Shown here: piece by piece, positions 28,689 through 37,851 of the stretch
Layout of the letters: each line of letters starts with the position of its first letter
How positions within the stretch are numbered: position 1 is the stretch's first letter
Virus record (IMG/VR): IMGVR_UViG_3300045996_001284
Coordinates: 1 to 57,928 of that record
Direction: 5' to 3' (one strand)
Origin: a virus
Taxonomy: Duplodnaviria > Caudoviricetes
DNA: 57,928 nt
Notes under the pieces: generated by a model
Seen by the model: the letters and a program-made list of their open reading frames with translations, nothing else
Told to the model about the DNA's origin: nothing
Database searches by the model: none
Position numbers and translations under genes: made by a program

Positions 28689-29680
28689 CAGGCTACGAGG
28701 CTCGTGAAGAACACGCCGAGGCTTGCGTCCATGATCTTCATGTCCCACGCCGCAAGCGCGTTGAGCTGGTCCGAGTAAGCCAGCCCGATGCGGTGCCACC
28801 CGAATACCGTCCCGTCTTCATTGGCAGCGCCGTTGTGCAGCCCCTCCCAGCCGAAGATGCCGATAGCGGTGCGGGTGGCGCCGCCTGCGGCCAGCGGGTT
28901 ACGGTGCAGCAGCAATGCGCTTTTGGCGTTGACGGTATAGCTGAAGCTATCCGTCGCCCCCTCCAGGGCACTGTTGTAGACCGACCGTGCGACAAGAATC
29001 TCATCGACCATGAAATACTGGCGTAGCGCGTCGTCCATGACGATGTTCGGCGCATTGTCGCCGGCCAGCGCCGTCAACTGCGGATGACGACGCAGCCGCA
29101 GGTAGGTGGTGGCGCCGAGCACCAACACGTTCGGCATGAAGCCGGTCGCGAGGAACATCGTCTCGCGCTCAGCCTCGATGTCATCGTAGGGCGTGCTGGC
29201 CGCATCGTTCCACTGCTTGACCTGAGCGCCCGAGGGCGTGCCCGAGACGCCGGTCACGTCACGGCCCCAGACGCCGGTCGTCATCGCCTGGACGGCGAAG
29301 AACCGATCACGGCGGATGGAGTGCTTCCGCATCAGGATGTCACGAGCGTTCTGGTCTAGCACCAAACGCTTGCTGTTGTTGGCACGCTCGCGATCGTCAA
29401 TGCGATGACCGAGACCATATTCCTGACAGTTGTAGGTCCCATCGCTGGTGCCGTAGGTAACCAGCTCGACCTCGCCACCGAGCGGGCGGGTTTTGACCTC
29501 ATCCCGGAACCAATCGCCCCGGTTGTAGATCATGAACTTCCCGGTCTGAAACATGACCGGAATCGGCGTTCCGGCACGGTAAGCGACCGAGCCGGGGTTG
29601 GTGCGTTCGAAACCGAGCGAGGTGTCGGTCAGGAACTGGTCGTAGTGGATGTCATTGCGACCGTTATTGAAGGCGGGCAT
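28688..29680 (-). CDS. Major capsid protein
   Basis: 330 aa after decoration gene; DQFLTDTS, TGFMPNVLVLG, LRRHP; GGAGG RBS. Confidence 0.9.
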   Translation of the reverse strand: MPAFNNGRNDIHYDQFLTDTSLGFERTNPGSVAYRAGTPIPVMFQTGKFMIYNRGDWFRDEVKTRPLGGEVELVTYGTSDGTYNCQEYGLGHRIDDRERANNSKRLVLDQNARDILMRKHSIRRDRFFAVQAMTTGVWGRDVTGVSGTPSGAQVKQWNDAASTPYDDIEAERETMFLATGFMPNVLVLGATTYLRLRRHPQLTALAGDNAPNIVMDDALRQYFMVDEILVARSVYNSALEGATDSFSYTVNAKSALLLHRNPLAAGGATRTAIGIFGWEGLHNGAANEDGTVFGWHRIGLAYSDQLNALAAWDMKIMDASLGVFFTSLVA

Positions 29681-29697
29681 TTGAGTTCCTCCCCCGC

Positions 29698-30075
29698 CTA
29701 CAGAGCAACGTGCGGGTTGAGTTCGATCTCGAAGATCACGTTGGACGACGCCGCGGAGTAGCTGGTCCCGATGGCGTTCTGTCCGGTGGTGGCGGTCACG
29801 ACCTTGCCGCTCGCGTCCGTGGTCACGGAGAGGCCAGCGCTGGCGACGGTGCCGCCCGCGATAACCTTGACCTTGCCGCGGATGCAGACGGAGACGCCGC
29901 GATTAGCAGCGGCGCCCTCGTGGATGACCCCCTTGAGCTGAGCCGTCGCATTGGCGCCTGCGAGCGCCCACTTCCCCGACGTGTTGTAAAACGCAATGTA
30001 GCGCTCTTTGCCGGTGAGGTCCGCCGCGGCATCGCCAGAGCGAAGATTTACCGGATCGTAAAGTTCAGTTGCCAT
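29698..30075 (-). CDS. Capsid decoration/cement protein
   Basis: AAADL...GVIHE...GKVKVIAGG...TTDASGKVV. Confidence 0.75.
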   Translation of the reverse strand: MATELYDPVNLRSGDAAADLTGKERYIAFYNTSGKWALAGANATAQLKGVIHEGAAANRGVSVCIRGKVKVIAGGTVASAGLSVTTDASGKVVTATTGQNAIGTSYSAASSNVIFEIELNPHVAL

Positions 30076-30832
30076 TGACCAGGCCCTCCCGCTCGTCGGC
30101 GTAGCGCTTGGCGAGCTGCTCGTTGCTGTTCATGACCAAGCGGCCTGCTTCAGCACGGCTGAGCTTCGGGTCTGCCTGCATCATCTTGGTGACCTCGGCC
30201 TGATACTCGGCCTGGGCGCTGCCCATGACGGGCTTGCCTGCCTTGCCGACCTCGCGCATGAGCGTGGCGAAGGCGCCCTCGGCCTCGCGCATGCCCTTCA
30301 GGATGCGGTCCTTTGCGGGACCGTCGGCCATCTTGTGGACCGCCCGCAGCGCCTCGCCCTTCTCCACAGCAGTGCCGGGGGTGTAGGGAAAGTCAGCCTC
30401 GGCCCGCTTCTGAAACTCCATGGTTTCGGCCTTCTCGACGGCCTCCTCATGGCTCTTGCGGAGGGCCGCAAGCTCGGCCTCGGTCTTCTCAATGCGGGTC
30501 TGCTCGGCCTTGGCGAGCTTCGCCGTCTCCTCGACCTTGGCCTCAGCGGCCTTGGCCTTCTCCTGCTCCTGAGCCAGCGCCGCCTGGACTGTGGCGAGCT
30601 GGTCCTGGAGCGCCTTGACCTCTTCGTCGGTCATCGTGCTCTCACCAGTCTTGCCGTCACCAGCGGCGCCAGAAATGGAAACGGCCGGGGGTGAGCCGGC
30701 CGTCTGGTCACCACCACCGTTGCCGGCGGGGCTTTCGTCACGCTTGAAGAGCAGGACGTGCGCGCCTGGGTTGGCGCCCCTGTCTACAAGCGAAACTTCA
30801 TTGAACGTGAGCTTGCGCAGTCTAGTCGCCAT
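30065..30832 (-). CDS. Scaffolding protein with N-terminal protease-fold fragment
   Basis: EVSLVDRGANPGA..LFKR followed by coiled coil. Confidence 0.8.
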   Translation of the reverse strand: MATRLRKLTFNEVSLVDRGANPGAHVLLFKRDESPAGNGGGDQTAGSPPAVSISGAAGDGKTGESTMTDEEVKALQDQLATVQAALAQEQEKAKAAEAKVEETAKLAKAEQTRIEKTEAELAALRKSHEEAVEKAETMEFQKRAEADFPYTPGTAVEKGEALRAVHKMADGPAKDRILKGMREAEGAFATLMREVGKAGKPVMGSAQAEYQAEVTKMMQADPKLSRAEAGRLVMNSNEQLAKRYADEREGLVNGN

Positions 30833-31250
30833 CTGTGATTTCCTCGCGGATGGCCCTGCCCCCAATTGAGAACATTGGGAGTTCACCTGACTCTACTTTG
30901 GCGACTATTTCGGCTGGCAGCTCCATACAGCCGAGCCAGCCCACCTTGCCGAGGTCCACGCCGAGTGCGGCCTGCAAGCCCTCGGTGAGCACGACGCTCT
31001 CGACGACGTCGCCGATCGCCTCGCCCTGGTGCATGACCTTGGCGTGGCGGTACGCCTTGGAGAACCCGTGCGCAGCGGCGACCAGCTCGGGCTCCTCGAT
31101 CACGTCGCCCTGGCTGTCCACGACCGGCTTGCCACCTTCCTTGATGACGGAGAACCAGCCCCAGACGAGGCGCTTCTCAACGTCGACCTTCAGGACTTCG
31201 GCCGTGAGCGAGGCATCCACCTGCGCGTTCGCGGGTGACTGATCGGGCAT
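30822..31250 (-). CDS. XkdF-like prohead protease domain
   Basis: RLVWGW...DSQGD...MH...VVES...GELPMFSIGG. Confidence 0.85.
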   Translation of the reverse strand: MPDQSPANAQVDASLTAEVLKVDVEKRLVWGWFSVIKEGGKPVVDSQGDVIEEPELVAAAHGFSKAYRHAKVMHQGEAIGDVVESVVLTEGLQAALGVDLGKVGWLGCMELPAEIVAKVESGELPMFSIGGRAIREEITDGD

Positions 31251-31288
31251 GGCGGAGTATCCTGGGAAAGAAGTCGATGGAGATGGCT

Positions 31289-31528
31289 ATGGACGAGCTT
31301 GTGCCCGACAAGTTCTATTGGATAGACTACTTCGGCGAGCTAACGGTTGCTCAGCTCAAACTTAGCCATTACGGCGAACGCTATCTCTTGCGGATTGGCG
31401 TTGACTGCTACGGCGCGATTCAAGAAAGCAGCAAGGAATGGGAACGGGGCTATTGCCGCGTGATAGCGGAGGCTAAGCCGCCCGAGCTATCGAGTAGGTC
31501 AACCAACACCGACAATTCGCAGTGTTAG
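31289..31528 (+). CDS. Small antisense hypothetical protein
   Basis: GGAG RBS before MDELVPDKFYWI; lower GC. Confidence 0.5.
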   Translation: MDELVPDKFYWIDYFGELTVAQLKLSHYGERYLLRIGVDCYGAIQESSKEWERGYCRVIAEAKPPELSSRSTNTDNSQC

Positions 31529-32426
31529 CCAACGGCGCGCTCGGATCGTGCGGGTAAAGTATCCCACCGTAGGGCGAGGCGAAGCGCCCGAAAAGCGGCA
31601 CCCCCTCGGGGTTCATGGTCGGGATTTGCAGGTGGGCGTCGCGCACCCGACCGTCGGATAGGTGGTTCCACCGCTTGCGCGTCTGCTGGGCGTCAATCAG
31701 CCCATCCTCGGCCGCTTGCTCCCACACCCGCTGCGTTGCGATGGCAGCGGCGCGCCTGCTCTCAGCGTCGGCGATGAACCCGGCCCGCATGTGCTCGGCA
31801 CGACGGCGATAGCGCTCCAAAGCGGCATCTGCCTGCGCTCGCGTGCGCCGTGGCTGCCTTGCGCCATCACGCGCGGCCTCTGCTGCTTCCGTCGTTGCTT
31901 GGCGCTGTAGGCCCGTCTGCAACGCCTCTGCGCCTCTCACTTGCTGTTCGGTCAGCCCTATGCTCTGGAGCACCGCCCGCGCGAGTTGTGCTGGCGTCTG
32001 CTGGGAGGGAGCCGATCCCAGGACAACCCGCACCACGGCCGCGCGGACGGTCTGCTTGAGGTAGCTGGTGACGCTACCTATCCATGTCTGAGCTGCGGTA
32101 ACGGTGGCGGGGGCGAAGGCGCGGAAGCCCCACGGAGCGCGCTTGCGGACGAACGTGGTCGCCAGCTCGTCGCCTATGAGCTTGCCGGCGGAGATGAGGG
32201 CTTCGTGGAGGGCGGTTTCGAGGGGGCGGAAAGGCTCAGCGGCGAGGGCAGCGTCGACAAGTCGAACAGCACCGTAGCTGTCGCCACGCGCAAGAGCTGC
32301 GGCCAACTCGTGACGCTTGATGTGCCCCCTGATTCTGGCAACGGATAGTAGGAACGCGGCACGTATTTCACGGCGGGAGCGCTCAGCGGCTCGCTCCTGG
32401 AGGTTGGCTTGCGCGATACGGTTCAT
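31473..32426 (-). CDS. Head morphogenesis protein (SPP1 gp7/MuF-like)
   Basis: KRWNHLSDGRVRDAH...YPHDP...ANCRC. Confidence 0.88.
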   Translation of the reverse strand: MNRIAQANLQERAAERSRREIRAAFLLSVARIRGHIKRHELAAALARGDSYGAVRLVDAALAAEPFRPLETALHEALISAGKLIGDELATTFVRKRAPWGFRAFAPATVTAAQTWIGSVTSYLKQTVRAAVVRVVLGSAPSQQTPAQLARAVLQSIGLTEQQVRGAEALQTGLQRQATTEAAEAARDGARQPRRTRAQADAALERYRRRAEHMRAGFIADAESRRAAAIATQRVWEQAAEDGLIDAQQTRKRWNHLSDGRVRDAHLQIPTMNPEGVPLFGRFASPYGGILYPHDPSAPLANTANCRCWLTYSIARAA

Positions 32427-32664
32427 TAACTAATGCCGCCTGCTTGGCCGCCCATTCGTCAACGACCATCTTGCAGAGCATATAGAGCACCGCTTGGTCG
32501 GCGACATCTTGAGCTAAATTGCCCAGGATGGCGTCCCACCGTGCCTTGAACCGCTCTTCCTCGGTCCTGACCCAAAGCACGACCTTCTCTTTGGCCGCCT
32601 CGTACCGAGCATAATCCTCTGGCGACAGCCGATGCTGGAGTATCAGCTCACCGTCGACCTTCAC
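32383..32664 (-). CDS. Hypothetical protein
   Basis: Coupled ORF. Confidence 0.5.
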   Translation of the reverse strand: MKVDGELILQHRLSPEDYARYEAAKEKVVLWVRTEEERFKARWDAILGNLAQDVADQAVLYMLCKMVVDEWAAKQAALVNEPYRASQPPGASR

Positions 32665-32885
32665 CGACCCTCTCCTGGAGGGCTGCTTGGGCGGCTCGGT
32701 TCATCCTTCAGGTGCTCGCCCGCTTCGATCGCCCGCGCAATCTCGGTGAATTCCATGGCCACATCAGGCCATCCCATCTCGTGCTGCTTCCACAGCCAAG
32801 CCACAATGCGGCTGCGCTCGCGCTCCTCGGCCGCCTGGAACAAATCTTCCGCGGGGATGAAGTAGGGCCTCGGCCAGTCGCTCAC
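32661..32885 (-). CDS. Hypothetical protein
   Basis: ERERSRIVAWL...IARAIEAGEH, a common phage small-protein pattern. Confidence 0.55.
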   Translation of the reverse strand: MSDWPRPYFIPAEDLFQAAEERERSRIVAWLWKQHEMGWPDVAMEFTEIARAIEAGEHLKDEPSRPSSPPGEGR

Positions 32886-33397
32886 GGCCGTGCCCTCGGC
32901 CGCACGCCGCCATCAGCGGTGAACTCGACGCCACCTTCCTTGAGAGCACTCACCATAGCAGTGAGATTACCTCTAATGGGCGTCCGCCGACCGCACTCAA
33001 ACTCCATGAGAGTGCGTAACGCGATGTTGGCCTTCTCAGCAAGCTGAGGCTGAGTCCAGTTTACGAAGTACCTTGCCGCCTTCATCTGGAGCGGCGCCGG
33101 GAAACAGGTGACGGGTCTAGGAGCGCGCCGCGCACGCGGCCATCTCGGAACCTGTCTGTTCTCAAGACGCTCTGGCCCGATAAGATGGATCAACCGCGTC
33201 TCGGCGTCTCTAGCCTCATCCGCTGAAAGGCCGCTCGCCACGATTTCGAAGGCCATCGAACGGGCCTTGGCATTCAACCTCGCTCGCTCGGGGGAACCTT
33301 GCCCTACATACCGGACATGCCCGGCTCTATCCCAGAGGAGATAGACGCAGCTGCCGGACCTTCGTAGCTCCTCACGCCCCTCGTCAGCGCCTCGCAA
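32882..33397 (-). CDS. GIY-YIG-like domain fused to XRE-type HTH
   Basis: VYLLWD...RYVGQG...R...EARDAETRLI...LEN plus MKAARYFVNWTQPQLAEKANI; TTG start inferred from GGAG RBS. Confidence 0.6.
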   Translation of the reverse strand: MRGADEGREELRRSGSCVYLLWDRAGHVRYVGQGSPERARLNAKARSMAFEIVASGLSADEARDAETRLIHLIGPERLENRQVPRWPRARRAPRPVTCFPAPLQMKAARYFVNWTQPQLAEKANIALRTLMEFECGRRTPIRGNLTAMVSALKEGGVEFTADGGVRPRARP

Positions 33398-33540
33398 GCC
33401 AGCTCCACCGGCTTCGGCACCGGCAAGTCGCCCTTCTCGTAGAGCTGAAGCGACGCTCGACTGACCCCGATGGCCTCGGCCGCCACTCGCTGGCTCCAGC
33501 CCATCCACTTCCGCCATGTCCTCAGTCCGTCCTTGGTCAT
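33304..33540 (-). CDS. XRE-family HTH regulator
   Basis: LRTWRKWMGWSQRVAAEAIGVSRASLQLYEKG..PVPKPVELAC. Confidence 0.85.
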   Translation of the reverse strand: MTKDGLRTWRKWMGWSQRVAAEAIGVSRASLQLYEKGDLPVPKPVELACEALTRGVRSYEGPAAASISSGIEPGMSGM

Positions 33541-33593
33541 GACGGCTGTATAAGGGCTAGGCCAAAAAAGTGCAATAGGTCTGCATTTCCCTG

Positions 33594-33649
33594 TTGACGC
33601 CCTGGCCGGAAGGGCCTAATGATTAGGCCATCAGCAAGGGAGAGAACAG
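33594..33649 (+). promoter_or_regulatory. Promoter-leader cassette with palindromic operator GGCCTAAT-G-ATTAGGCC
   Basis: TTGACG -35; perfect 8-bp inverted repeat 33613-33629; CATCAGCAAGGGAGA leader. Confidence 0.7.
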
Positions 33650-33877
33650 ATGCTTAAGAAGGTGACGAAACGGCAGGCCAGCCTGATCAAGCGCGGTTAT
33701 GCCTACGTCCGCTACCAGCACTACGAGAACAACGGCGTTGAGGCCGGCACCGTTCTCTCAGTCCACAAGGACAGCTTCTCAGCCCACCGCGCGGCGCCGA
33801 CCACCTGGGATGTCGGCATTGACGAGGTGAGCATAACCCCCGACCGCTTCGGTCACTGCGACGTGGTCGTCGACTAA
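33650..33877 (+). CDS. Hypothetical accessory protein
   Basis: Cassette promoter and RBS. Confidence 0.7.
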   Translation: MLKKVTKRQASLIKRGYAYVRYQHYENNGVEAGTVLSVHKDSFSAHRAAPTTWDVGIDEVSITPDRFGHCDVVVD

Positions 33878-33952
33878 CACCTCAACCGGGCCGGCGGGCG
33901 CTAGCAACACCCGACCGGCCCTAACCACCCAACTCAGTGGGAGTGAGTCACG

Positions 33953-34258
33953 ATGGCTACGGCCACCTACAACCTTCGCTCGGTCATGCACAAGGCTTGG
34001 GCCACGGCCCGCTACAACGCCCGCCGGCATGGCGGTTCCGTCCGCACCTACATCGCCGCCGCCCTGCGTGAGGCATGGGCATTCGAGAAGCGGTTGCGGG
34101 TCGAGATGGCCGCCAGCAACGCCCGCGTTCAGGCTGCCATCGAGGCCATCAAGGCGAGCCACAGCGCCGAGGGTGTGGCCAAGCGCGCCGCCGACATGGC
34201 TGGCTGGCAGGCCCGCTGCGGCATGCCCCAGCGCAGCTACGGAAGGGCATGGCGGTGA
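33953..34258 (+). CDS. Hypothetical protein
   Basis: YNLRSVMHKAW...AALREAW phage motif; structured leader. Confidence 0.7.
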   Translation: MATATYNLRSVMHKAWATARYNARRHGGSVRTYIAAALREAWAFEKRLRVEMAASNARVQAAIEAIKASHSAEGVAKRAADMAGWQARCGMPQRSYGRAWR

Positions 34259-34494
34259 GAGACGCTAAGGAGATCGAGCGGCTGCGTCAGATCATTCACG
34301 ATCTCTGCGTCCGCGCCGAGAATGCCGAGGCCGAGCGCGACGAACTCCGCGAGGTGCTGCGCGACCTCCTCACGCTGCGGCAGGCCGAGACTGACGGTGT
34401 CAACGGCCAGTATCGCAACCTCGCCCAGCGCGAGCGTGACGCCTGGAAGGTCGCTGCCGACCTCACCCACTTTGAGGACGGGCCATCGTCATGA
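34255..34494 (+). CDS. Hypothetical coiled-coil protein
   Basis: GTGA overlap; EIERLR. Confidence 0.55.
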   Translation: MRDAKEIERLRQIIHDLCVRAENAEAERDELREVLRDLLTLRQAETDGVNGQYRNLAQRERDAWKVAADLTHFEDGPSS

Positions 34495-34736
34495 CCACCG
34501 ACCTCCTGCCCCTGACACAGCCCAGCTACCAGCGCCCGCTCGTCCACATTGACGACATCGGCCGCGCCCTCGACCGGGCGAGAATCTTACTCGATAGCTC
34601 CATTCGAGAGCTTCGTTCGGCAGCGCATGTGGCGCCGGAGGCCGAGGGGTTGGCCGAGGAGTTGGCAGCGGTGAAGGCCAAGCTTGTGAAGGTTTGGAAC
34701 GAGCTTGAAGAGCCCGAACTCCCGCTGGAGAACTGA
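34491..34736 (+). CDS. Hypothetical protein
   Basis: ATGA overlap. Confidence 0.6.
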   Translation: MTTDLLPLTQPSYQRPLVHIDDIGRALDRARILLDSSIRELRSAAHVAPEAEGLAEELAAVKAKLVKVWNELEEPELPLEN

Positions 34737-34738
34737 CG

Positions 34739-34981
34739 ATGAGCAAGCCGAAGATTGTCGGTCCGGCCAGTGAGCTTATGACCGTCCACAGCATGCCAGC
34801 GGTCTGTACCTGCTGCGAGCGCCCGCTAAAGGGCAATGTGGCATGGCTGGAGCTAGACCAGCGAGACGACACCTATCACGACCGGGGCGACGTGCCGCCA
34901 GAGAGGTCACAGGGATGGTTCCCGTTCGGCATCACCTGCGCCACCAAGCTCAACGCTGCGGCACGTACCGCTTCGCAGTGA
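34739..34981 (+). CDS. Small Cys-containing hypothetical protein
   Basis: CTCCERPL...WLELD...SQGWFPFGITCA. Confidence 0.65.
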   Translation: MSKPKIVGPASELMTVHSMPAVCTCCERPLKGNVAWLELDQRDDTYHDRGDVPPERSQGWFPFGITCATKLNAAARTASQ

Positions 34982-35167
34982 GTGACGTGGAGGATGAGTA
35001 CGGTGACGGCTTCTGGCTACGTGAGATTACTCGCTGCCGCGCCGTGCTCAGCCCTAGCTACGGCTACACGGTAAGGCCCGATGAAGGCCGGCACTGCCAG
35101 CAGTGGGCGGCCAAAAGCAACTAACCACTCACGGGCGGGGCTGCGGCTCCGCCCAACACAGGAGAGG

Positions 35168-35338
35168 ATGATGTCAGTTCACAAACCCAGCCCGTGGCAG
35201 CCCAAGCCTCGTCGCTATTGCAGCGAGGAATGTAAGGCTGCCGATGAGAAACGCCTCGCTGAGGCAGAGAAGGCGTTCGGCCAGCGCAAAGCTGGCCGCC
35301 CCGCGCCCGAAATGGCCACACCTAAGGTTAAGGACTAA
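35168..35338 (+). CDS. Small hypothetical protein
   Basis: AGGAGAGG RBS; RRYCSEECK. Confidence 0.5.
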   Translation: MMSVHKPSPWQPKPRRYCSEECKAADEKRLAEAEKAFGQRKAGRPAPEMATPKVKD

Positions 35339-35397
35339 CTACCCGCGGGGCGGAGCTTTCGGCTTCGCCCTAAGCGCGTCCACTGGAGAGAACGACT

Positions 35398-35934
35398 TTG
35401 AGAAAAGGCACCACCTTCTGGCGTACCGTAGATGTCGCCCACATTCAGGCACGCTTCTGGGCCAAGGTTGAGAAGACCGAAAGCTGTTGGATTTGGAAGG
35501 GCTCTCTGAGTGGCAAAGGCAACTACGGCTATCTATGGGTTGTTGACCGCATCCAGCGAGCGACAAGGGTATCTTGGTGGATCGCGACTGGAGAGTGGCC
35601 TGACGCGGCGCTTGATGTCTGCCACAAATGCGACACGCCGGCATGCGTGAACCCAGACCACCTCTTTCTAGGCTCTCGTTCAGAGAACCTCTTTGATGCT
35701 TCGCGCAAGAGAAGGCTCGGCGTTCAGCGTAACCCTGAAGCATACACGGCCGTAATTGAGCGGTTGGCCGATAGGGAACGGTGCAAGACGCATTGCCCGC
35801 ATGGGCATGAGTACACTCCAGAGAACACGATACAGACCAAGAAGCAGAGAAGATGCCGCACATGCTGGAACCGGATTAACAATCTTCGAAGGCGGAAGAA
35901 GAGAGCGGAACGGTCAGGGCTGCTTGGCCCGTAG
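35398..35934 (+). CDS. Free-standing HNH homing endonuclease
   Basis: RFWAKV..CWIWKG...[22 protein letters not shown]; [10 protein letters not shown]. Confidence 0.9.
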   Translation: MRKGTTFWRTVDVAHIQARFWAKVEKTESCWIWKGSLSGKGNYGYLWVVDRIQRATRVSWWIATGEWPDAALDVCHKCDTPACVNPDHLFLGSRSENLFDASRKRRLGVQRNPEAYTAVIERLADRERCKTHCPHGHEYTPENTIQTKKQRRCRTCWNRINNLRRRKKRAERSGLLGP

Positions 35935-37317
35935 AGCTTCAACCTCAGCCTGTTGAGCTTCCAGTTGCATTTCCCGATCTTCTTCGGCCTGAGCCTCGCG
36001 CTCGCTAAAGGTCTCTTCATCTATAAGTGGGAGATCAGCCGCTTCACGGAGACTGTTTTCTGTCTCCAGATGGGCAGCGATGGGCACACCAGCCCCGCTG
36101 ATCTTGGCCACGAAGTTCGCGAGCGCATCGAGGTCTACCTGCGCCACCCGGCCGTGGGCCAGCTTCGGCATGAGGCGATAGTCCAGCGCGTTGAGCGCCC
36201 ACAGCCGGGGCAGCTGGTGCCGGTTGATGGTGTCCTGGATCACGTCCACGAACCAGGTGATGGCGGCGACGAACAGGTTTGACTTGTCCTTGCTGAGCGC
36301 AAACGACCCCTGCTTGCCGGCGCCCAGCAGCATGAAGTCAGCCATGCTATTTCTGAACACATCCCCAGCCAGACGCGCTATCGTCCCGTTGGTGTCGATG
36401 CTACGCGTGCCACCGGATGTGATCAGGTCCACGTCATACTGAGGCAGACTGGACGGCTTGCCGTCTGCATCGAGCCAGGGGTCGCTTGGGTAGATCAGCC
36501 CGCCCTGCTCGTTCTTTTTGAGGTCGCGGGCGATTGACTCGTACTTCGCATAGACCGCTTGGCGAGCGGCCTCCTCGGCCGGGTCGGCTTTGGCAATCAG
36601 GAGTGTCGACGGCACCTTGACCCGCGGCAGGCCCGTCAGCTCACGCTCGATGCCGACCAGTTCAATCTGTTCGACGTGGCGTCGGGCACGGAAGGCCAGG
36701 TAGGCAGAGCGCAGAGCCGAACGCCCCTCGGGGCTGCCCATCTCGCGCGCGGTCCTGAACAGCAGCCCACGCTCGATCGGGATGCGCACGCCGTCGGGCT
36801 TGCCCTCGACCTCCTGCACGAACGCCTGGACACCGCCTGTCTCATCCAGGTCCCAGCGCTTTAGCGTGAGCTGGCTGCGGCCCACCATCTTGCGAATGCC
36901 GATGCGGCCGTCGTCGAAGTCGCTGCGCAGCGCAGGGTCCGCCTGGTCTGGGCCAACGCGGCGCTTGTAGACCGTCTCCAGGAACGACCACCCGAACACC
37001 ACCATGCTCATGGCGTCGGTGATCATGTCGTCGAAGCTGTGGCTCATGTCCCGCAGGAACACGCCCTCGACGAACTCAGCCTCCTCCTGTGCGCTAGCGC
37101 TCTCGTCCGCGGGCTCAACGCTCCAGCCCACGCCCCGGCACAGCAGCTCGATGGCAGTGACGACCGCCCCGGCGACGGGATCGGTGTCGCGCATCTCGTG
37201 CAACCGCTCGCGGCCATCCTTGCCGTTCAGCTCACGAAGCGCGGTGCGGTAGATGTTGCCGCTATAGTCGGTGCGGTAGCCCGCAGAGCCGAGTTCGACG
37301 AAGGGGCTTGCTGCCAT
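35914..37317 (-). CDS. Portal protein (DUF935/gp29-like)
   Basis: 467 aa; [32 protein letters not shown]. Confidence 0.88.
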   Translation of the reverse strand: MAASPFVELGSAGYRTDYSGNIYRTALRELNGKDGRERLHEMRDTDPVAGAVVTAIELLCRGVGWSVEPADESASAQEEAEFVEGVFLRDMSHSFDDMITDAMSMVVFGWSFLETVYKRRVGPDQADPALRSDFDDGRIGIRKMVGRSQLTLKRWDLDETGGVQAFVQEVEGKPDGVRIPIERGLLFRTAREMGSPEGRSALRSAYLAFRARRHVEQIELVGIERELTGLPRVKVPSTLLIAKADPAEEAARQAVYAKYESIARDLKKNEQGGLIYPSDPWLDADGKPSSLPQYDVDLITSGGTRSIDTNGTIARLAGDVFRNSMADFMLLGAGKQGSFALSKDKSNLFVAAITWFVDVIQDTINRHQLPRLWALNALDYRLMPKLAHGRVAQVDLDALANFVAKISGAGVPIAAHLETENSLREAADLPLIDEETFSEREAQAEEDREMQLEAQQAEVEALRAKQP

Positions 37318-37345
37318 CCGGCGTCCAATGCATTAGGATGGCGAT

Positions 37346-37480
37346 GCGCACACGCGGTGTGGAGGGACACACCCAGCAGTAGCCGAGTGTTTCAGGCGCC
37401 GGCCTTGCCCGGAGAACGCTGGTTCGAATCCAGCCTGCTGAGAGGGGACGCCCTAGCCGGTATCAAGCCCGGCCGTGCGC
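37346..37480 (+). ncRNA. tRNA-like RNA (copy 2) containing a nested tRNA-like fold at 37374-37440
   Basis: Outer GCGCAC/GTGCGC stem, GTGT/ACAC arm, AGGG-GACG-CCCT arm, GCCGG-TATCAAGC-CCGGC arm; inner CAGCAG/CTGCTG stem, TAGCC D-arm, GCTGG-TTCGAAT-CCAGC T-arm. Confidence 0.6.
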
Positions 37481-37488
37481 GCGCCCCG

Positions 37489-37851
37489 CTAGTCCGCGGC
37501 CAGCCGCTCAGCCACCGCCTGGAGGTCTATGCCGAGCGTGCGGGCCAACTTCTGGAGCGCGAGGGCACATGCCTCCTCTTCGCGCCAGCACGTCGCATGC
37601 TTGCCGATCGCGATGCCCATCAGCGTGGGGCTGCAAGGCAGGCCGAGGAGCGCTGCCAGGATGTGGTGAGTTAGCTCGTGATCACGGGACATGCGCGCTG
37701 TGTCAGCGCCGTAGCCAAGCTCACGAGCCCGCGCCTTGTATCCATCCGTCGCCTGCGGGTACGCCGCAACCTCGCCCTCTGGGTAGACCGTAACGGTTAG
37801 CGGGTCATCGTGGAGGCGGATGTCTGCACCAGCCAGGTGGATGGTCTTCAC
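37489..37851 (-). CDS. Hypothetical protein with HExxH motif
   Basis: RDHELTHH; GTGA overlap with the methyltransferase stop. Confidence 0.6.
   Translation of the reverse strand: MKTIHLAGADIRLHDDPLTVTVYPEGEVAAYPQATDGYKARARELGYGADTARMSRDHELTHHILAALLGLPCSPTLMGIAIGKHATCWREEEACALALQKLARTLGIDLQAVAERLAAD

Noticed and set aside
37374-37442. Functional tRNA (Gln-like, TTG in the loop)
   Set aside because: The anticodon arm is 3 nt short and there is no clear seventh acceptor pair or CCA; reported as tRNA-like instead.
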